Source: Eledone cirrhosa (Eukaryota). From it: DNA of 64,000 bases. The position numbers and the translations under genes are program-made. The stretch covers positions 246,450,001 through 246,514,000 of the forward strand of contig OZ024742.1 in assembly GCA_964016885.1 (NCBI GenBank), given 5' to 3'. Below, piece after piece: positions 47,850 through 62,261 of the stretch; positions within the stretch are counted from its first letter, which is position 1; each line of letters begins with the position of its first letter. The notes beneath the pieces were generated by a model. That model searched no databases and was not told the DNA's origin. It worked only from the letters and a program-made list of their open reading frames with translations.

Positions 47850-48135
47850 TGTAAAATAACGTGCAAGTGGTTGAGTATTCCCGAGACATGTGTACCCTTA
47901 GTGCAATCCTCAAGCCAACTCAGCAATGACAGAGTATGTTACATGTACTTTGAATTACAGGCATAATCCATTCGACAGGCTTCCGAACCGTTTCCGTCTA
48001 CCCAATTATTGTAACAAGGCTTGGGTCAACTTGATGCTTTGGTAAAGAAAATTGATGAAGACTTCGCACAGAAGAATTAAACTCCAAATCTTATGATTGC
48101 AAATGAGTATATCTTAAACATTCAGTCATTCTGCG

Positions 48136-48137
<2 letters not shown>
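47850..48137 (-). mobile_element. Decayed second SINE family (octopod OR-like); related fragment at ~33915-34040
   Basis: Segments such as gtttccgtctacc…acaaggcttgggtc resemble the common octopus SINE as recalled from memory; not verified by search. Confidence 0.4.
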
Positions 48138-48214
<77 letters not shown>

Positions 48215-48344
48215 GAGGTTTTTTTTACAAATTGAAAAATAACCGAGGTGTCCTACACGAGTGAAAGTATAAAGAAAAAGAGATGAAATCGAAAATGCAA
48301 CTGGAGTCTTATTTTAAAAAAAAATATATATATTTATTTGGTTC

Positions 48345-48380
48345 CTTTACCGGTTTCGCAGTTCTTCTGCTTTTCAAAAG
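48345..48380 (-). ncRNA. Minimal hammerhead, U3-A8 core variant
   Basis: Minus strand: CTT TTGAAAA GCAG-AAGAA-CTGC GAA ACCGGT A AAG. Confidence 0.6.
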
Positions 48381-48489
48381 TAGAGTTGAGATGGAGGGCC
48401 TGTGGTTTTTCTCACACACACACATATATATATATATGGACGCAGAATGACTGAATGTTTAATATATATATATATATAATAATAATACT

Positions 48490-49904
48490 ATTTATAGTTA
48501 TGTATACACTATAAACAATTAGAAACAGGAAAGGTCAGTAATTTCCTACTACCTTATTACCAGTAAGAGAAATAGCTCAATGTAGGAACATCAGTTGTTT
48601 TACAGAGCAGGAAAATATATTAGTCAATTATCAAAGTTGTGTTCAAATCATTTAATAGCTGACAATCGTTCCTTCCAAACTTTCGTTTGGGGTCATCGGA
48701 GCATTATTAATGTTTGTACATATAATCAACCTCCTATTCAACTGAACAATCATATAGATACATATATATTGATGTTGTGAGCAACAGTCTCGTATTTACA
48801 GGGTGTACTGGATGCGACATATATTATACGAGAATTGTACAATAATTCAAATTAAAAGCACAGAGTGGAATACATGCAACAGATAATACAAGAGAATAGT
48901 CTAATAATTAAAGAGTCATTGAGAAAGAAGTATTGAGAGAGGAATAGTACATTAGCAGTACATATGCAGGCGTGTAGAAAGTGCACATGCGTTAGTCATA
49001 TATATGAGAAGGAAATAAGCAAAGGTATTATGCATGTATAGATAAATAAATACTGTATGGTAAGCAAATATGTTAATGTATTAAAATCTATGGTGGATGT
49101 AATATGTTGATAGTGTTCGAATTTGTGTGTTGAGAAAAACAAAGTTACTGCAGTCCTTTCCATTACATATGTTGAATTATATTTTAGTTAATGTTTATAT
49201 TGAATGTTTTAAGTAAGTTAAAGCAATGGATTGTAAATTAGTCTTATTGTATTCTTATTCATGGATTATAGTTGTTCAACAGGTAGTTTTTCCAACTGTT
49301 TAATTTCCGGAAGTGAGTATGTGATCCAAGATTAAGGGGAGCTAATGCCTAAGGGGAGGTAACTAGCTAATTAGATTCATTTATTTAAATTCTTTGCTCT
49401 AATACACATTATAATGTGAATCTCTATTACATAATGTTATATATTTATACTTAATTTTAAATACAGTGTATTTTCCTATAATACATTAAAGGTCTCATTA
49501 AATTGTTATCTATTCATTACTGGACAAGATGTTATGGAAAAATTGTAGATGTCCAAGTAGTTATACACGCTTGCATATGTACTGCTAATGTACTATTCCT
49601 CTCTCAATGCTTCTTTCTCAATGACTCTTTAATCTTTAATTATTAGACTATTCTCTTGTATTATTTGTTGCTTTTAATTTGAATTATTGTACAATTCTCG
49701 TATAATATATGTCGCATCCAGTACACCCTGTAAATACGAGACTGTTGCTCACAATATCAATATATATGTATCTATATGATTGTTCAGTTGTATAGGAGGT
49801 TAATTATATGTACAAACATTGATAATGCTCCGATGACCCCAAACGAAAGTTTGGAAGAAACGATTGTCAGCTATTAAATGATTTGAACACAACTTTGATA
49901 ATTG

Positions 49905-49910
<6 letters not shown>
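48490..49910. mobile_element. Non-coding PLE 3'-end remnant with inverted segment (48615-48980 vs 49567-49910); hammerheads at 48657-48702 (-) and 49827-49871 (+)
   Basis: Inverted arms; GCT CCGATGA CCCCAAAC-GAAA-GTTTGGAA GAAACGATTGTC AGC; 48545-48605 is homologous to 26830-26895. Confidence 0.75.
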
Positions 49911-49994
<84 letters not shown>

Positions 49995-50020
49995 CAACAT
50001 ATATATATATATAACAATAT

Positions 50021-50180
50021 GTCGGACGCCATGCTTTGACGCATAGAGTTACGGCCCTTACAATTCTGAGTTCAAATCCCGCTGAGGTTAACTTTGCCTT
50101 TCATCCTTACGGGGTCGATAAAATAAAGTACTAGTAATGCACTGGGTAATTGCTGGCCTTGTGCCAAAAGTAGAAACAAT
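50021..50180 (+). mobile_element. Meta/MESC-core SINE, 5' truncated
   Basis: Consensus match. Confidence 0.85.
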
Positions 50181-50189
50181 ATATATATA

Positions 50190-52308
50190 ACAACAACCTA
50201 GCCTTTGAACACTTAAGCGACAACGAACTGTATACAGAGGTCCCGGACATAACTGCAGCCCAGATCGAAAAACAGACCAACTCCATCTGGTCCGACATCT
50301 GTAGTAGAAGACAACTCCCAAATAAATTTAAGTCCAATTACACCAATAGAAATAGCAGACTGCCCACTTTCTATCACCTCATCAAGACCCACAAGAATAG
50401 TACTAAGACACAAATAAGACCCATTGTCTCTAGCATAGAAGGGCCTCTATACAAAATCTTCTGGCTCCTCTCCCAGGTACTCAAGCCTCTACTCTCCACC
50501 TTTCGCGGGCATGTCAGTAGCTCCGACGAAGTCATACGTAGACTACACCAACTCCAGCCAGAACAGCTTAAACTAAATAGTTACGCCTTTAGCCTCGACG
50601 TTGTCTCCCGCTACATTACAGTCCCCGCTCATCCAGCTGTCGATTTATTGACGGACTGCGTGGTCGCAGAAGACGTCCACTGCTACTGCCTCCATCCGAC
50701 GGACATACACTAGCTTTTCTCCTTCACAGTGGACAACACGTACTTCACCTTCCCCCACCACACATACAGACAGACAACAGGATTACCCATGGGATCCAGC
50801 CTATCGGGCCTGCTGGCCATCACTTATATGAACCAGCTGGAATGCCTAGCCCTCAACACCTGCCATTCCTATACCTATATGTAGATGACATAATCCTCCT
50901 TACATCATCCCGTAAAGTAGCAGATAAAATATACATGACATTCTCCAGCATGGACGCCAATATAAAGTTCAGCATGGAACACCCCGATGACCGCGGATCC
51001 CTATCCCTATTGGACTTCCAACTCAGGGTAACAGAGGAAGGCGACATCCACACCTGCTTCTATAAAAAAGCCGCCAGCAGGGACCTGTTCGTACATTTCA
51101 GATCAGCCCTCCCAGTCAGTGCTTAGTTCGGATACATAAGGAACGAACTACACGTATCCAGAACAAATGCACCGACGCAGGAGACCGGAACACACACACC
51201 ACACATTTCCTGGAAGTACTTAAACTGAACGGATACCCGACGTCCACCGCGAACTGGGCAAGAAACAACAGACGACACCATGCTCGAGGCACTAACACGT
51301 GCTTCCTGAAGCTCCCACACTTCATTGACGAAACAACAACAGCCATCCGCAGAGCTATCAGACGAGAGGGACTAGATATCCAGCTAGCCCACTCAGGACG
51401 TTCTCTACGCGGACAGCTAACCAAAAGACACTCCACCAGACATGACAGCCGCTGCAGGCTAGCCAACTGCCCCATCGACGACACAGACCTATGCCACCAG
51501 GCTTACGTCGTATACAGATTAGAGTGCGACAAATGCAGCAATTTCTACATAGGGAGCACCATCAGATCACTTCACATTAGAATAAAAGAACATCTCAACA
51601 CTAACGCTTCCTCATTTAAGAAACACCTAGTGAAAAATCAAAAACACCGACAAAAACATAATAGTTAGGATAGAAGCTAAGGAAAGAAACCTCGGCAACC
51701 TTAGAATTAAAGAAGCACTTATTATAGAAAAACACACCCACCAATCAATAACAGACTAGAACTCAACACCCAATTATTAACATGATAGAGCACGTAGCCC
51801 CACACTTACACCTCCACGTACCATCTCACACACACACGCACGCTTACACCTTCACTTATTCTCACACACACACACATACACACACATAGACCAGTTTTAA
51901 CATGAAAGAGCATCTAGCACCCACATTTACATATAAACATATCCTTCCACACACACACACACACACGCATGCTCTTACACCTTCACGTATTCTCCCACAC
52001 ACACTTAGACATACATGTCCAAACACTTTTAAAGAGAGACAACCCCTTTATCCACCTAACCTTCACTCTTTGACATTAGAAATAAAATGGAATTTCTATG
52101 CTATATCCTGTCAGCATGATTTGGTAAGCTAATTAGAACAGTGGATTAACCCCTTTACCCCCCCCCCCCCGAAGAAGAGATTTTATCTCGAGAATTAAGG
52201 ATATTCAAATAAATTTAAGGTAAAAGACCAATTGTCAGCAATATCTTTTGCATTTGTATTTATATTCTCTATCCATACCTGCATTGTTCTGGCCTTCTAA
52301 CTCCAAAC

Positions 52309-52310
<2 letters not shown>
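50190..52310 (+). mobile_element. Decayed Penelope-like element of a different (non-Naiad) lineage: RT + GIY-YIG
   Basis: Hand translation LPTFYHLIKTHK…IRPIVSS…AFSLDVVS…YRQTTGLPMGSSLS…YVDDI…IKFSME…LSLLD…NGYP…CRLANCP…VVYRLECDKCSNFYIGSTIRSLHIRIKEH; stops and frameshifts. Confidence 0.88.
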
Positions 52311-52359
<49 letters not shown>

Positions 52360-52363
<4 letters not shown>

Positions 52364-53125
52364 TAAGAGGAATTCCAACTTTGTCTGATTTACTCGTTTT
52401 ATTTACAATCCTTTAAAATATATATAATGGTATTATAATGAAATAGTATGATAGAATATTAAATTCTAAGTGTTAATTGAACAAGTACTTTCATGCTTTC
52501 GCAATCTTCAGGTTCATGATACGTGGTGACAGTCGAGTTTGCAATTTTCAACTGTAATGAGATGGGTAAATTTCCTACCTTTTATACATTTTATACAGAG
52601 AAAAGTGGCTCCAGAATGCAAAGCCCTGTAAACTGTATTTCGACCAATCAGTGTGTAGTTTCACTGAATTACTACAGCTGATTGGTTTAAGCGTCACGGC
52701 TGGTTGAGCATGCTAACGACCAATAGTCATACCCAACGTATCAATTGTTTTGCTTTTTGAAATGATGAAAATAGCATTTTCTATTAATCATCACCATCAA
52801 CATCACTTTTATTATTATTATTATTGTTGTTGTTGTTGTTGTTGTTAGTGGTCGTGGTCATAGTGGTAGTAGAAGTAATACCCCTAGGCGTTATTATTGT
52901 TCATTTAGCTTGGGTTTGAATTTATCAATAAAATTCTTTTCTTTGATTTTTCTCTTGATTTCACTTGGGCTGTGTAATTTGTAGAATGGGAATATTATAA
53001 ATATTCCCTGACCACATGTTGCCAGGTGGCCGCTTAGGGGTATCTGACGGACATTTGGGTTTCTGATTTGTTGACGGTGTACCCGTGCACGTTCCGATAG
53101 TGCATTTCCAGTTTGACCGACATAT
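52360..53125 (-). mobile_element. PLE 3' fragment: GIY-YIG tail (52897-53125) plus minimal hammerhead (52479-52515)
   Basis: YVGQTGNALSERARVHRQQI…R…E..FI.KFKPKLN; GAAC CTGAAGA TTGC-GAAA-GCAT GAA AGTACT T GTTC. Confidence 0.8.
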
Positions 53126-54230
53126 ATATATAATAATAATAAAGTATGAATTCCTACGTGTAAAAAATACATATAGGGAAATAAGTATTATCCAACCGTA
53201 TGCCAATGTGGTTCTATGGCGGGTTAATAAATTAACAAGCCAGAACATATAAAATCAAGGTCTAGCAAATAGAGAAAAAGTTTTAAAAGAAATTAAACAA
53301 AATTCGCTGTACTGTCTATATGTGCCTTTACCGCGGTTTCAAGCTCCAGAATAAACGTATATATATGCATCGCTAAAAGCTTTCTCCGATAATATATTTA
53401 TTTATTTACTCTTGGTGCAACAGATATGAATTTCCCGATATAAGGTTTGACTCTCTTTGTTTATTTTTTTTACATATGAATATTGATTGTTTCTTGTATC
53501 TCATTCTGTTATTTTGCCCGAGAAAATATCTATGTGTGTCATCAAATGATGTACACACATGGATATTTTTTCGAATTCCAATTGAGTTCTAGCACGTGGC
53601 CTGAATTCCTTTTAGAATTCATTGTCCTGCGCATGTTTTGTTTTTTTAGCGGTAATCTACTTCCTCTTTTTTGAATCAGTTTGAGTATTTCTTTAGAACT
53701 GCTCGAGTAGCAACCTAGCAGATACCTCAGGTACTGATGGTGATTATCGCTAAATACTGATATTGATTTGATTATCAATATTAGTATTATTGGGCACCCA
53801 CTGAAGAATTATAAGAGCCCACTTGAATATGTATCTGTTGATCTTATACAAGCTCCTACATAAATTGGTATAATTTCATCCAAATTGTAGGAATCTTATA
53901 ATGAAACTAGACGTCCGCCCGGGAAGAGATATATTCGATATATCTTATATGAAATAATACAGCCAATTTTCCACACAATACAATTAGTTAGCACCCCGAA
54001 CGTTTAATTAGGAATATACTCACTTATTTCCTAATGTTTGTTGAGTGAGTTGGGATTTGGCCGGAGTATCACATTATACATACATATTCTACAACAGCCA
54101 TATAAACACTCGAGGCACAACAGTAATGGAACCGTCAAATCAAAATTCCGAAGCTAACGTCTAAAGCAAGCATATTGTCGTTGCCAACATCACTCCATCC
54201 TGAAGATGGGACTATGAACGTTTAGAAACA

Positions 54231-54410
54231 GTGGATTGGCAGTATCGGTAGAGGGTCGGAGGTCCTGCTTTGACGTATAAAGTTACGACCCTTTCCATAC
54301 TGAGTTCAAATCCCGCCGAGGTCAACTTTGCCTTTCATCCTTACGGGGTCGATAAAATAAAGTACCATAATGTACTGGGTAATTGCTGGCTTTGTGCCCA
54401 AAGTAGAAAC
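54231..54410 (+). mobile_element. Meta/MESC-core SINE
   Basis: Consensus match. Confidence 0.85.
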
Positions 54411-54541
54411 ATATATATATATATATATATATCACATAAGAAATGGAGAATCTGTGGTGCGACGAATTAGAATACTTTGCTCTGTAAGAGCATCGAGTGC
54501 TCAAACGGCCTACTGCATACGGACGCCTTAAGCATCCCAAA

Positions 54542-54643
<102 letters not shown>

Positions 54644-55143
54644 AAATGGATGAATACAGAAGCATATACGAAATTTTAACCTCGCTTTTGGCGTTATTTT
54701 TAGCAGCGAAGGAGTAAACATCACTGATTACGGATAAAAATCTAGAAACAGTGCTGTCAGGGTCTTCCTCACTTGTCACTAAGATTAGCAGTGACACGAT
54801 CATAGCATATTAAAAAATTCATAGTGAGGCTAAACGGATGTTTATTATACAAAACATTTCGTATATGCTTCAATGTACAACACTCGTTACATTTCATGCT
54901 ATGTCAGAGCATTACTACCGCTTATATATATATATCCAAGAAGCTGAAGGTGTAATAGGGCAAAAACATTCTAATTATTTGAGTTAGTCCCTAAGCACTC
55001 AATAATGCGAGAAATGAATAAATTACTACATCAGAGTGAATACATTAAGTTATACGAGGGAAACATATGAATAATATATAGACCAGGTGTATGCAGCTAT
55101 AATATATAACAACAACGACGAATACCAAAAGAGAAAAGAACTC

Positions 55144-55217
<74 letters not shown>

Positions 55218-55527
55218 ATAAAATAGAAAACACAAGTAAGCAATAAAAAAAGGATTTTATCCAGGTATTTACGACCGTTTCATTGGTAACCTTATATCGG
55301 AATCAAAACTGATCGAGGAATCCTTCCATCTTTACCCCTTCCTCAATCTCTGTTTGTCCCTCTACTTCCTAATTCTTCTCCCCCCTCCTCTATACTAGTA
55401 AATGCGATTCCAAAAAATGTTTTTTTATATATTAAGAACCTTTTACAAGTAACTTATTCATTATTTTGAAAATTTGAAAGTGAATAACAGTTATTATCGA
55501 GTGGCTGCTATTTGCAGTATAGCGATA

Positions 55528-55604
<77 letters not shown>

Positions 55605-55610
<6 letters not shown>

Positions 55611-56433
55611 TCTTCATAGGTACATTTTAAACTTATAGCCTCGTTTAATTGATTTTTTATGTGGTTGATTATGCTGTTTAGGTGAAGCAATACTGTATAT
55701 ATTTTATCAAATGATGCTGTGGACTTACTTTCTTATAAATTGCTCTGATTGTTGATTATTTAATTAATTAATTCGTCATTGAGCAACACCGTGAATGGTT
55801 GCCAAACACACACACATATATATATATATGGCTCTGTCTAGTTTATGTATATGTAAACCTCTATATTTTATATACTCCCGTAAGGTTGAGTAAAACTTTA
55901 GGCAGTATTCGGCTGCGCTTTCTAGCAACCAGCCTACTCGCCGTCAGGCACCAGTCACAAGCTTTCTGACTTGACCACTGGCCATGTAACAATTCTTAGC
56001 CATCTTGAATTCGTTTCTGGCGGGGATCATTTAAGAAAAATCTTTGTCCAATTGAGTTTATTTCCTGATGATTTCGAAACTCGTTGATTTATCCATGATC
56101 GGATATTTACAAAAAGCGAATGAAACCTCCGGGGTTAAACACATGTTTTTGGTATGTTTATGTACATTTTTTCTTCTAATTTTCATTTTGTACCTAATTG
56201 TTTATGGTTAACTATATGTCTAGTCAATTTCTACGGGATATTAGAAATACTAAGTAAATCTTCTGTGGCTCTGGATCGCGGATAAAATAGGTATCATTTA
56301 TTTATCTATTGTTTCTTCATAGGCACATTTTAAACTTATAGCCTCGCTTAATTGATTTTTATGTGGTTGATTATGCTGTTTGGGTGAAGAAATACTGTAT
56401 ATATTATATAAAATGATTCTGTGGACTTACTAT

Positions 56434-56436
<3 letters not shown>
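55605..56436 (+). mobile_element. Non-coding element with ~125-bp terminal direct repeats (55605-55730 / 56309-56433) and internal hammerhead-like motif (56065-56137)
   Basis: Direct repeat visible; CTGATGA TTTCG…CGAAT GAAACCTCCGGGGTT; (TA)n flanks; resembles a partial-tandem pLTR. Confidence 0.55.
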
Positions 56437-56479
<43 letters not shown>

Positions 56480-56627
56480 AATTAAAATACTAGAGTGTGT
56501 TGGAGTTAAACACCCTCGTCGTATTATAGAAATGACAGTATAAGATATAGCTCAATGTAATTAAACAGAGCCGAAGAATTATAAAAAATAAACAAAGAAA
56601 CCTTCAATACATCAAAAGTCTTTATTA

Positions 56628-56668
56628 GCCAACAATGTTTCGTCCTATTAATAAGGACTCATCAGGGC
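56628..56668 (-). ncRNA. Minimal hammerhead ribozyme in pLTR; other copies at 61146-61183 (-, 5' stem I arm lost) and 62627-62667 (+)
   Basis: GCC CTGATGA GTCCT-TATTAAT-AGGAC GAAAC ATT GTH GGC. Confidence 0.8.
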
Positions 56669-58260
56669 AAGTAAAGCTACAAGAAGCACTAACGGCCAAT
56701 ACAAGCCAAAAACTCAGAAGAATAGGGAGTTTACATCTATTAAAGCTTAGGAAAGATATCAAGGAAAAGTTTGCTAAGATTAAGAGTGAGCAGTTACAAA
56801 TATAGATATAGACCAAATAGCAAGGAAGTGAGTAACATGTTGAACCCACATTGCAAATACTGTATAATGCAAAAACTTGAAACACAAATGGTAATATAAT
56901 GCGAGAATTACAGTACGATATAGAATATAATATAATGGATGGTGATAATAAAAGGCTTAATATATGTATATATATATATATATCCATACATATATACATT
57001 AGTACAAACACAAACTAACACTTATTAAGTATTTAAATATATATATATATATATATTTTGGTTACAATACAATATAATAAAAATAAAAATAAGAATAAAG
57101 ATAAAAATAAAAATAAAATATCTCAGTGTGCATAAACAATATAAAAACATTATAATAACAATATTATAATATATTGGCATCAAAAGATATACAAAATTAC
57201 ATCATACATATAATTCAAGGTTAACAAATAGTATAAAGTTTTACACAGGGTAAGAAAAAAATATCATATAGAACTAAATTGTGTTGAAAAAATATCTATA
57301 CCATTGCAACAAATACACGGAGTCAAGGCATTTTACATTGGCATAAATATTACCAAAATATTACAAAATATTACAGAATATAACAAAACGGTACCTCAAA
57401 TAAGACATATATTAAAATCTATAATACGATTACATAAAAATGATATGATAAAACAACGTTAATATCAAATAGCAAACAGAGTCTAAGGAAATGCTTAAGA
57501 TATATATTTACGTGGTTGACATACACAGACATATAGAATGAAATTACATGAATCAGACAGACAGCGTGTGGTAGTAAAAAATAAATAAAATAAAACGAAG
57601 ATCGAAAACAAGTATATTTACTTAGGTGTCACATGCGGTTAAGTAAAAGAAAAAAAGATAGAAATGTAAACCGGAGAATTGAATAGAAAACCTTATTAAA
57701 TTAATTAATATTAAAAGTATTTAAAATACATATTTAGTCACTTCAAAATTGACTAGAGTTTAAGTCATCAAAATCGTATAAGTTTAAGATATCTCAATAA
57801 AACTATCAAGAATAGAATAAAATATGCTCCGTTCAGTCGAATAACGTTATCAAATAAAAGGACTCTAAATAGAACTATGGTAGACCAATGGGAACAGAAA
57901 GAAGAGAGGCTATGGAGGATAGGAAGGAGCATAAAAGTAAAATCAATATATTATATAATATCACAAAGAGGAGCATAAAGGTGAAATTTATATATAGTAT
58001 AATAGAAGGGGCGAATATTAAGTGTGTAGAGGAGGAGGTTCATTAGTATTAGATGAATGAGACTCCAAACAAAGTATTTAATAAGATATAAACTCATAAG
58101 GTGTTAGTAGTGAAACTATAATAATGCTTAAGAAGATAGATAGGGTATGGTAGCCAAAAGACTATGAAGACTAAAATCGAAAAGCTGTAAAAAACTAATA
58201 ATAATGATGATGGTAATCAAAATGAACCTAAACAACAAAAAAGATAAGGAAATATAGCAG

Positions 58261-60927
58261 CTAACTTTTAGGTCTATAATAGAAGAAAGAATTAGAAATG
58301 GCATGGGGGCAGGAAGAAAATATCTCAGACTTTCTATTAAGCAAAACGTCCCTAGAGAAAATTATATAGTGGGTCTCTAGGATACAGAGATTACAGAATT
58401 TAGTGTGTGTTGATAGGTTATTAGAGCGTGCTACTATTCGCCAATTAAGGCTATATGGTATACCAGCTCCTTTAAGATCCCAGATATGGTGTGCTAAAGA
58501 AGTAGAGTTCTTAAACTTAACATGCTTAAAATTAGAAATATGAGAATTAAACCTAGTTTTAAAAGTATTAGATGTGGAGCCTATATATGTGCTATTAGAA
58601 GAATTAGTCTTAACTTCACAAGCATAAACAATGTTCCTAGAGAGGCAGTGACCATTTAAAGGGCAGTTAATACTTACTCTACAGTTACACTTCCGGGTGC
58701 TATTGACCGGCTGAATGAGTGATGCATTACTCCTAGGGTTATTATAAGATAAGGTCTGCTCAGGTGGTAAGGCATTAATGGATCTATCAAGACTAGTAGT
58801 ATGCAAAGAGGAGTAGCTGTCCCTAATTTCCCTATTGTTAGTGCTAGCTAAATGAGAACTAATATTACGGGTGGTAGAGAATGATAGTTTAATTACATTT
58901 TTATTAAAAATACCATGGTATTTATTAGTAGGAGGGAAATTTTTCTCTAAGATAGAAAAGAAAGACCTAGGGATGTTAGTTAATACTTCATGATCATAAG
59001 GCGGGTTAAAATAAGTATTGAGTCTCCTCCTATTTCTATCCTTACCAACTCTACCATTATCCAGTATCCCACTAATAGGATCAGGGTTACTAAGAGGACT
59101 AGTTGAAACAACACTATTAGAAGCAGCCAAAACCTTATTGAGTCTCCTTCTGTTTCTACTTTTAGTATATCTACTGTTATCTGGAATCATATCAATAGGA
59201 TTAGGGTTACTACCAGGATCAGTTGAAACAACACTATTAGAATCAGTAAAAACATTACCACTGGGTGAGCGATCAGAGTGCCTAACTTGTTCCCTAGAAC
59301 TAATCCCGAAAAGTGTACCATTAGACTCACTATTACGATTACGGTAGCTTAACCTATGGATGGGTTCGGATACACCTATGGGATTTCTACGATTCTTATG
59401 CTTTCTACTCCCATTCATGGCCATATTATGGGATATTATGTTATTATTATTATGGGTAAACGGAGACTTTCTAAGGTTGTTCTCATTATAACGTATTTTA
59501 CCAGAGTAACCAGAGTTAGCTAGGGCATTATTATAGTACTCTGCATGTGAATTAAATATTCCTATATCCTTAGAGAGTGTAGAGATTCTATTAGATACAC
59601 CGTTAATTATAGAGCTAATCATAGATTTGGGGTGGTTAGAATTGGGATTAACATAAGAGAGTATCTCATTTGGCTTATGGAAGGGTTTATAACTATTAGT
59701 GACCAAGTCCAAAGTCACATCTAAAAAGTTGACCGCTCTATCATTTCTATCAATCGTGATTGAAAGGTTAAAACTTTTAAAACATTTATAAAGTTTCTTC
59801 CTATTATGCTCAATGTTATTGGTGCTAGAGTTTATCACAAACAATGCATCGTCACGATAAAGTCCACCTTTAAGGTGCGGAAAGGTAACATACAGTTCAT
59901 TTAGGAGGAACAGCCGAACAAGATCAGTTACCTGGGCCGAATCACTCGAACCCATTGTAACGTCGAAGTTGTTGGGTGTGTTTTTACGCGTCCAAAGTGT
60001 ATCCTCGAATTTGATGATAGTCCTACGGGCTGCTAGTATAACATCAATCTGTGGTCGTGTAAGGCTAGACATTCGCATGGCCATAATTAAGGAGGATAGG
60101 TGAAATCGACGTGTAATAGGCATCAATATCAAACTGGATAAACCTACTAGACCCAAGTTTATTAATACCAGAGAACCAATCTATAACATCCTTAGTGTTC
60201 CCCCTAGATTAAAATGAACCTTTTCCCTAACGGCAGGTATAATCAGGTCAAGAATTTTCTTACTAATTATAGCTATATCAGACTTAGAAGGACTAATGAG
60301 TCTAACAGAAGGATTACTAATGAAGTCCACCTTATGATCCTTAAGAGTGAATCTCGGTTCCCTAGGGTAATATGGCTGGGAATACTTATCAAGGCCCAGA
60401 TCCGAAACTATCTTGAGGCCCTCATTGTTGATATGATCCAAATTATCTTGCGTTGTCTTTTTGTAATTTTTATGCAGCTTCTTATAAATAAAATTGCGGT
60501 AAGCATTGTAATCCATAGAGTAAAGATTCTTAGTCTTGTCAGCCGGGACAAGAATAGACTTATTCCCTTTAAAATCCTTAACAATATTCTTAAGTTTAGA
60601 CTGGAACCTATCGAACTTATTATAGTTCCCATATCTATTATACGACCTATACTTTATATTTTTGACAAGGGAAAGTAAATCGTTCTCAAAATTATTTAAT
60701 AGAACATTATGCGGTGGGCTCTTATAAGTCTTGAAGCCAAAGTTATTGAAAGGAGTCCTATCCCGGGGGTCAATCCCATTCCTATTAATATCAAAGTGGA
60801 AAGCACGCCATCTAATCCTTTTTACGAAGGAGTTAACACTAGCAATTAAGAGTTTTTCATAAGTATTTCTAGAGGAGATGGGAATATTCTTCAGAGATAA
60901 AGGCAGGTAGCTCTTTGTTAGCATACT
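58261..60927 (-). CDS. PLE RT + GIY-YIG polyprotein (~890 aa), split by two mutually compensating 1-bp frameshifts (~60200 and ~60080)
   Basis: PADKTKNLY, TLKDHK…F…PSVRLISPSKS, FIQFDIDAYYTSIS (third frame, 60100-60145), FDVTMGSSDSAQ, GGLYRDDAL, VNFLDVTLDL, SNHP, YFNPPY, CNCR…CPL.GHCL, VY…YIGST, CNLC. Confidence 0.88.
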
Positions 60928-62203
60928 GTCAGATATATATAAAGGCCAAAACACCAGTATATAGGAAGAAGCTCAACCAATCGGGAGCCGTAACAAGAAT
61001 TAAAATACTAGAGTGTGTTGGAGTTAAACACCCTCGTCGTATTATAGAAATGACAGTATAAGATATAGCTCAATGTAATTAAACAGAGCCGAAGAATTAT
61101 AAAAAATAAACAAAGAAGCCTTCAATACATCAAAAGTCTTTATTAGCCGACAATGTTTCGTCCTATTAATAAGGACTCATCAGTTTATATGAGTTTATAT
61201 CTTATTAAATACTTTGTTTGGAGTCTCATTCAGCTAATACTAATGAACCTACTCCACTACACACTTAATATTCGCCCCTTCTATTATACTATATATAAAT
61301 TTCACCTTTATGCTCCTCTTTATGATATTATATAATATATTGATTTTACTTTTATGCTCCTTCCTATCCTCCATAGCCTCTCTTCTTTCTGTTCCCATTG
61401 GTCTACCATAGTTCTATTTAGAGTCCTTTTATTTGATAACGTTATTCGACTGAACGGAGCATATTTTATTCTATTCTTGATAGTTTTATTGAGATATCTT
61501 AAACTTATACGATTTTGATGACTTAAACTCTAGTCAATTTTGAAGTGACTAAATATGTATTTTAAATACTTTTAATATTAATTAATTTAATAAGGTTTTC
61601 TATTCAATTCTCCGGTTTACATTTCTATCTTTTTTTCTTTTACTTAACCGCATGTGACACCTAAGTAAATATACTTGTTTTCGATCTTCGTTTTATTTAA
61701 TTTATTTTTTTACTACCACACGGTGTCTGTCTGATTCATGTAATTTCATTCTATATGTCTGTGTATGTCAACCACGTAAATATATATCTTAAGCATTTCC
61801 TTAGACTCTGTTTGCTATTTGATATTAATGTTGTTATATCATATCATTTTTATGTAATCGTATTATAGATTTTAATATATGTCTGTTATTTGAGGTACTG
61901 TTTTGTTATATTCTGTAATATTTTGTAATATTTTGGTAATATTTATGCCAATGTAAAATGCCTTTTTCAACACAATTTAGTTCTATATGATATTTTTTTC
62001 TTACCCTGTGTAAAACCTTATACTATTTGTTAACCTTGAATTATATGTATGATGTAATTTTGTATATCTTTTGATGCCAATATATTATAATATTGTTATT
62101 ATAATGTTATTATAATGTTTTTATATTGTTTATGCACACTGACATATTTTATTTTTATTTTTATCTTTATTCTTATTTTTATTTTTATTATATTGTATTG
62201 TAA

Positions 62204-62261
<58 letters not shown>

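Noticed and set aside
56625-57011. 128-aa hydrophobic ORF duplicated at 62284-62670
   Set aside because: AT-rich PLE 3' UTR; the duplication is due to the inverted segment, and no motif is recognisable
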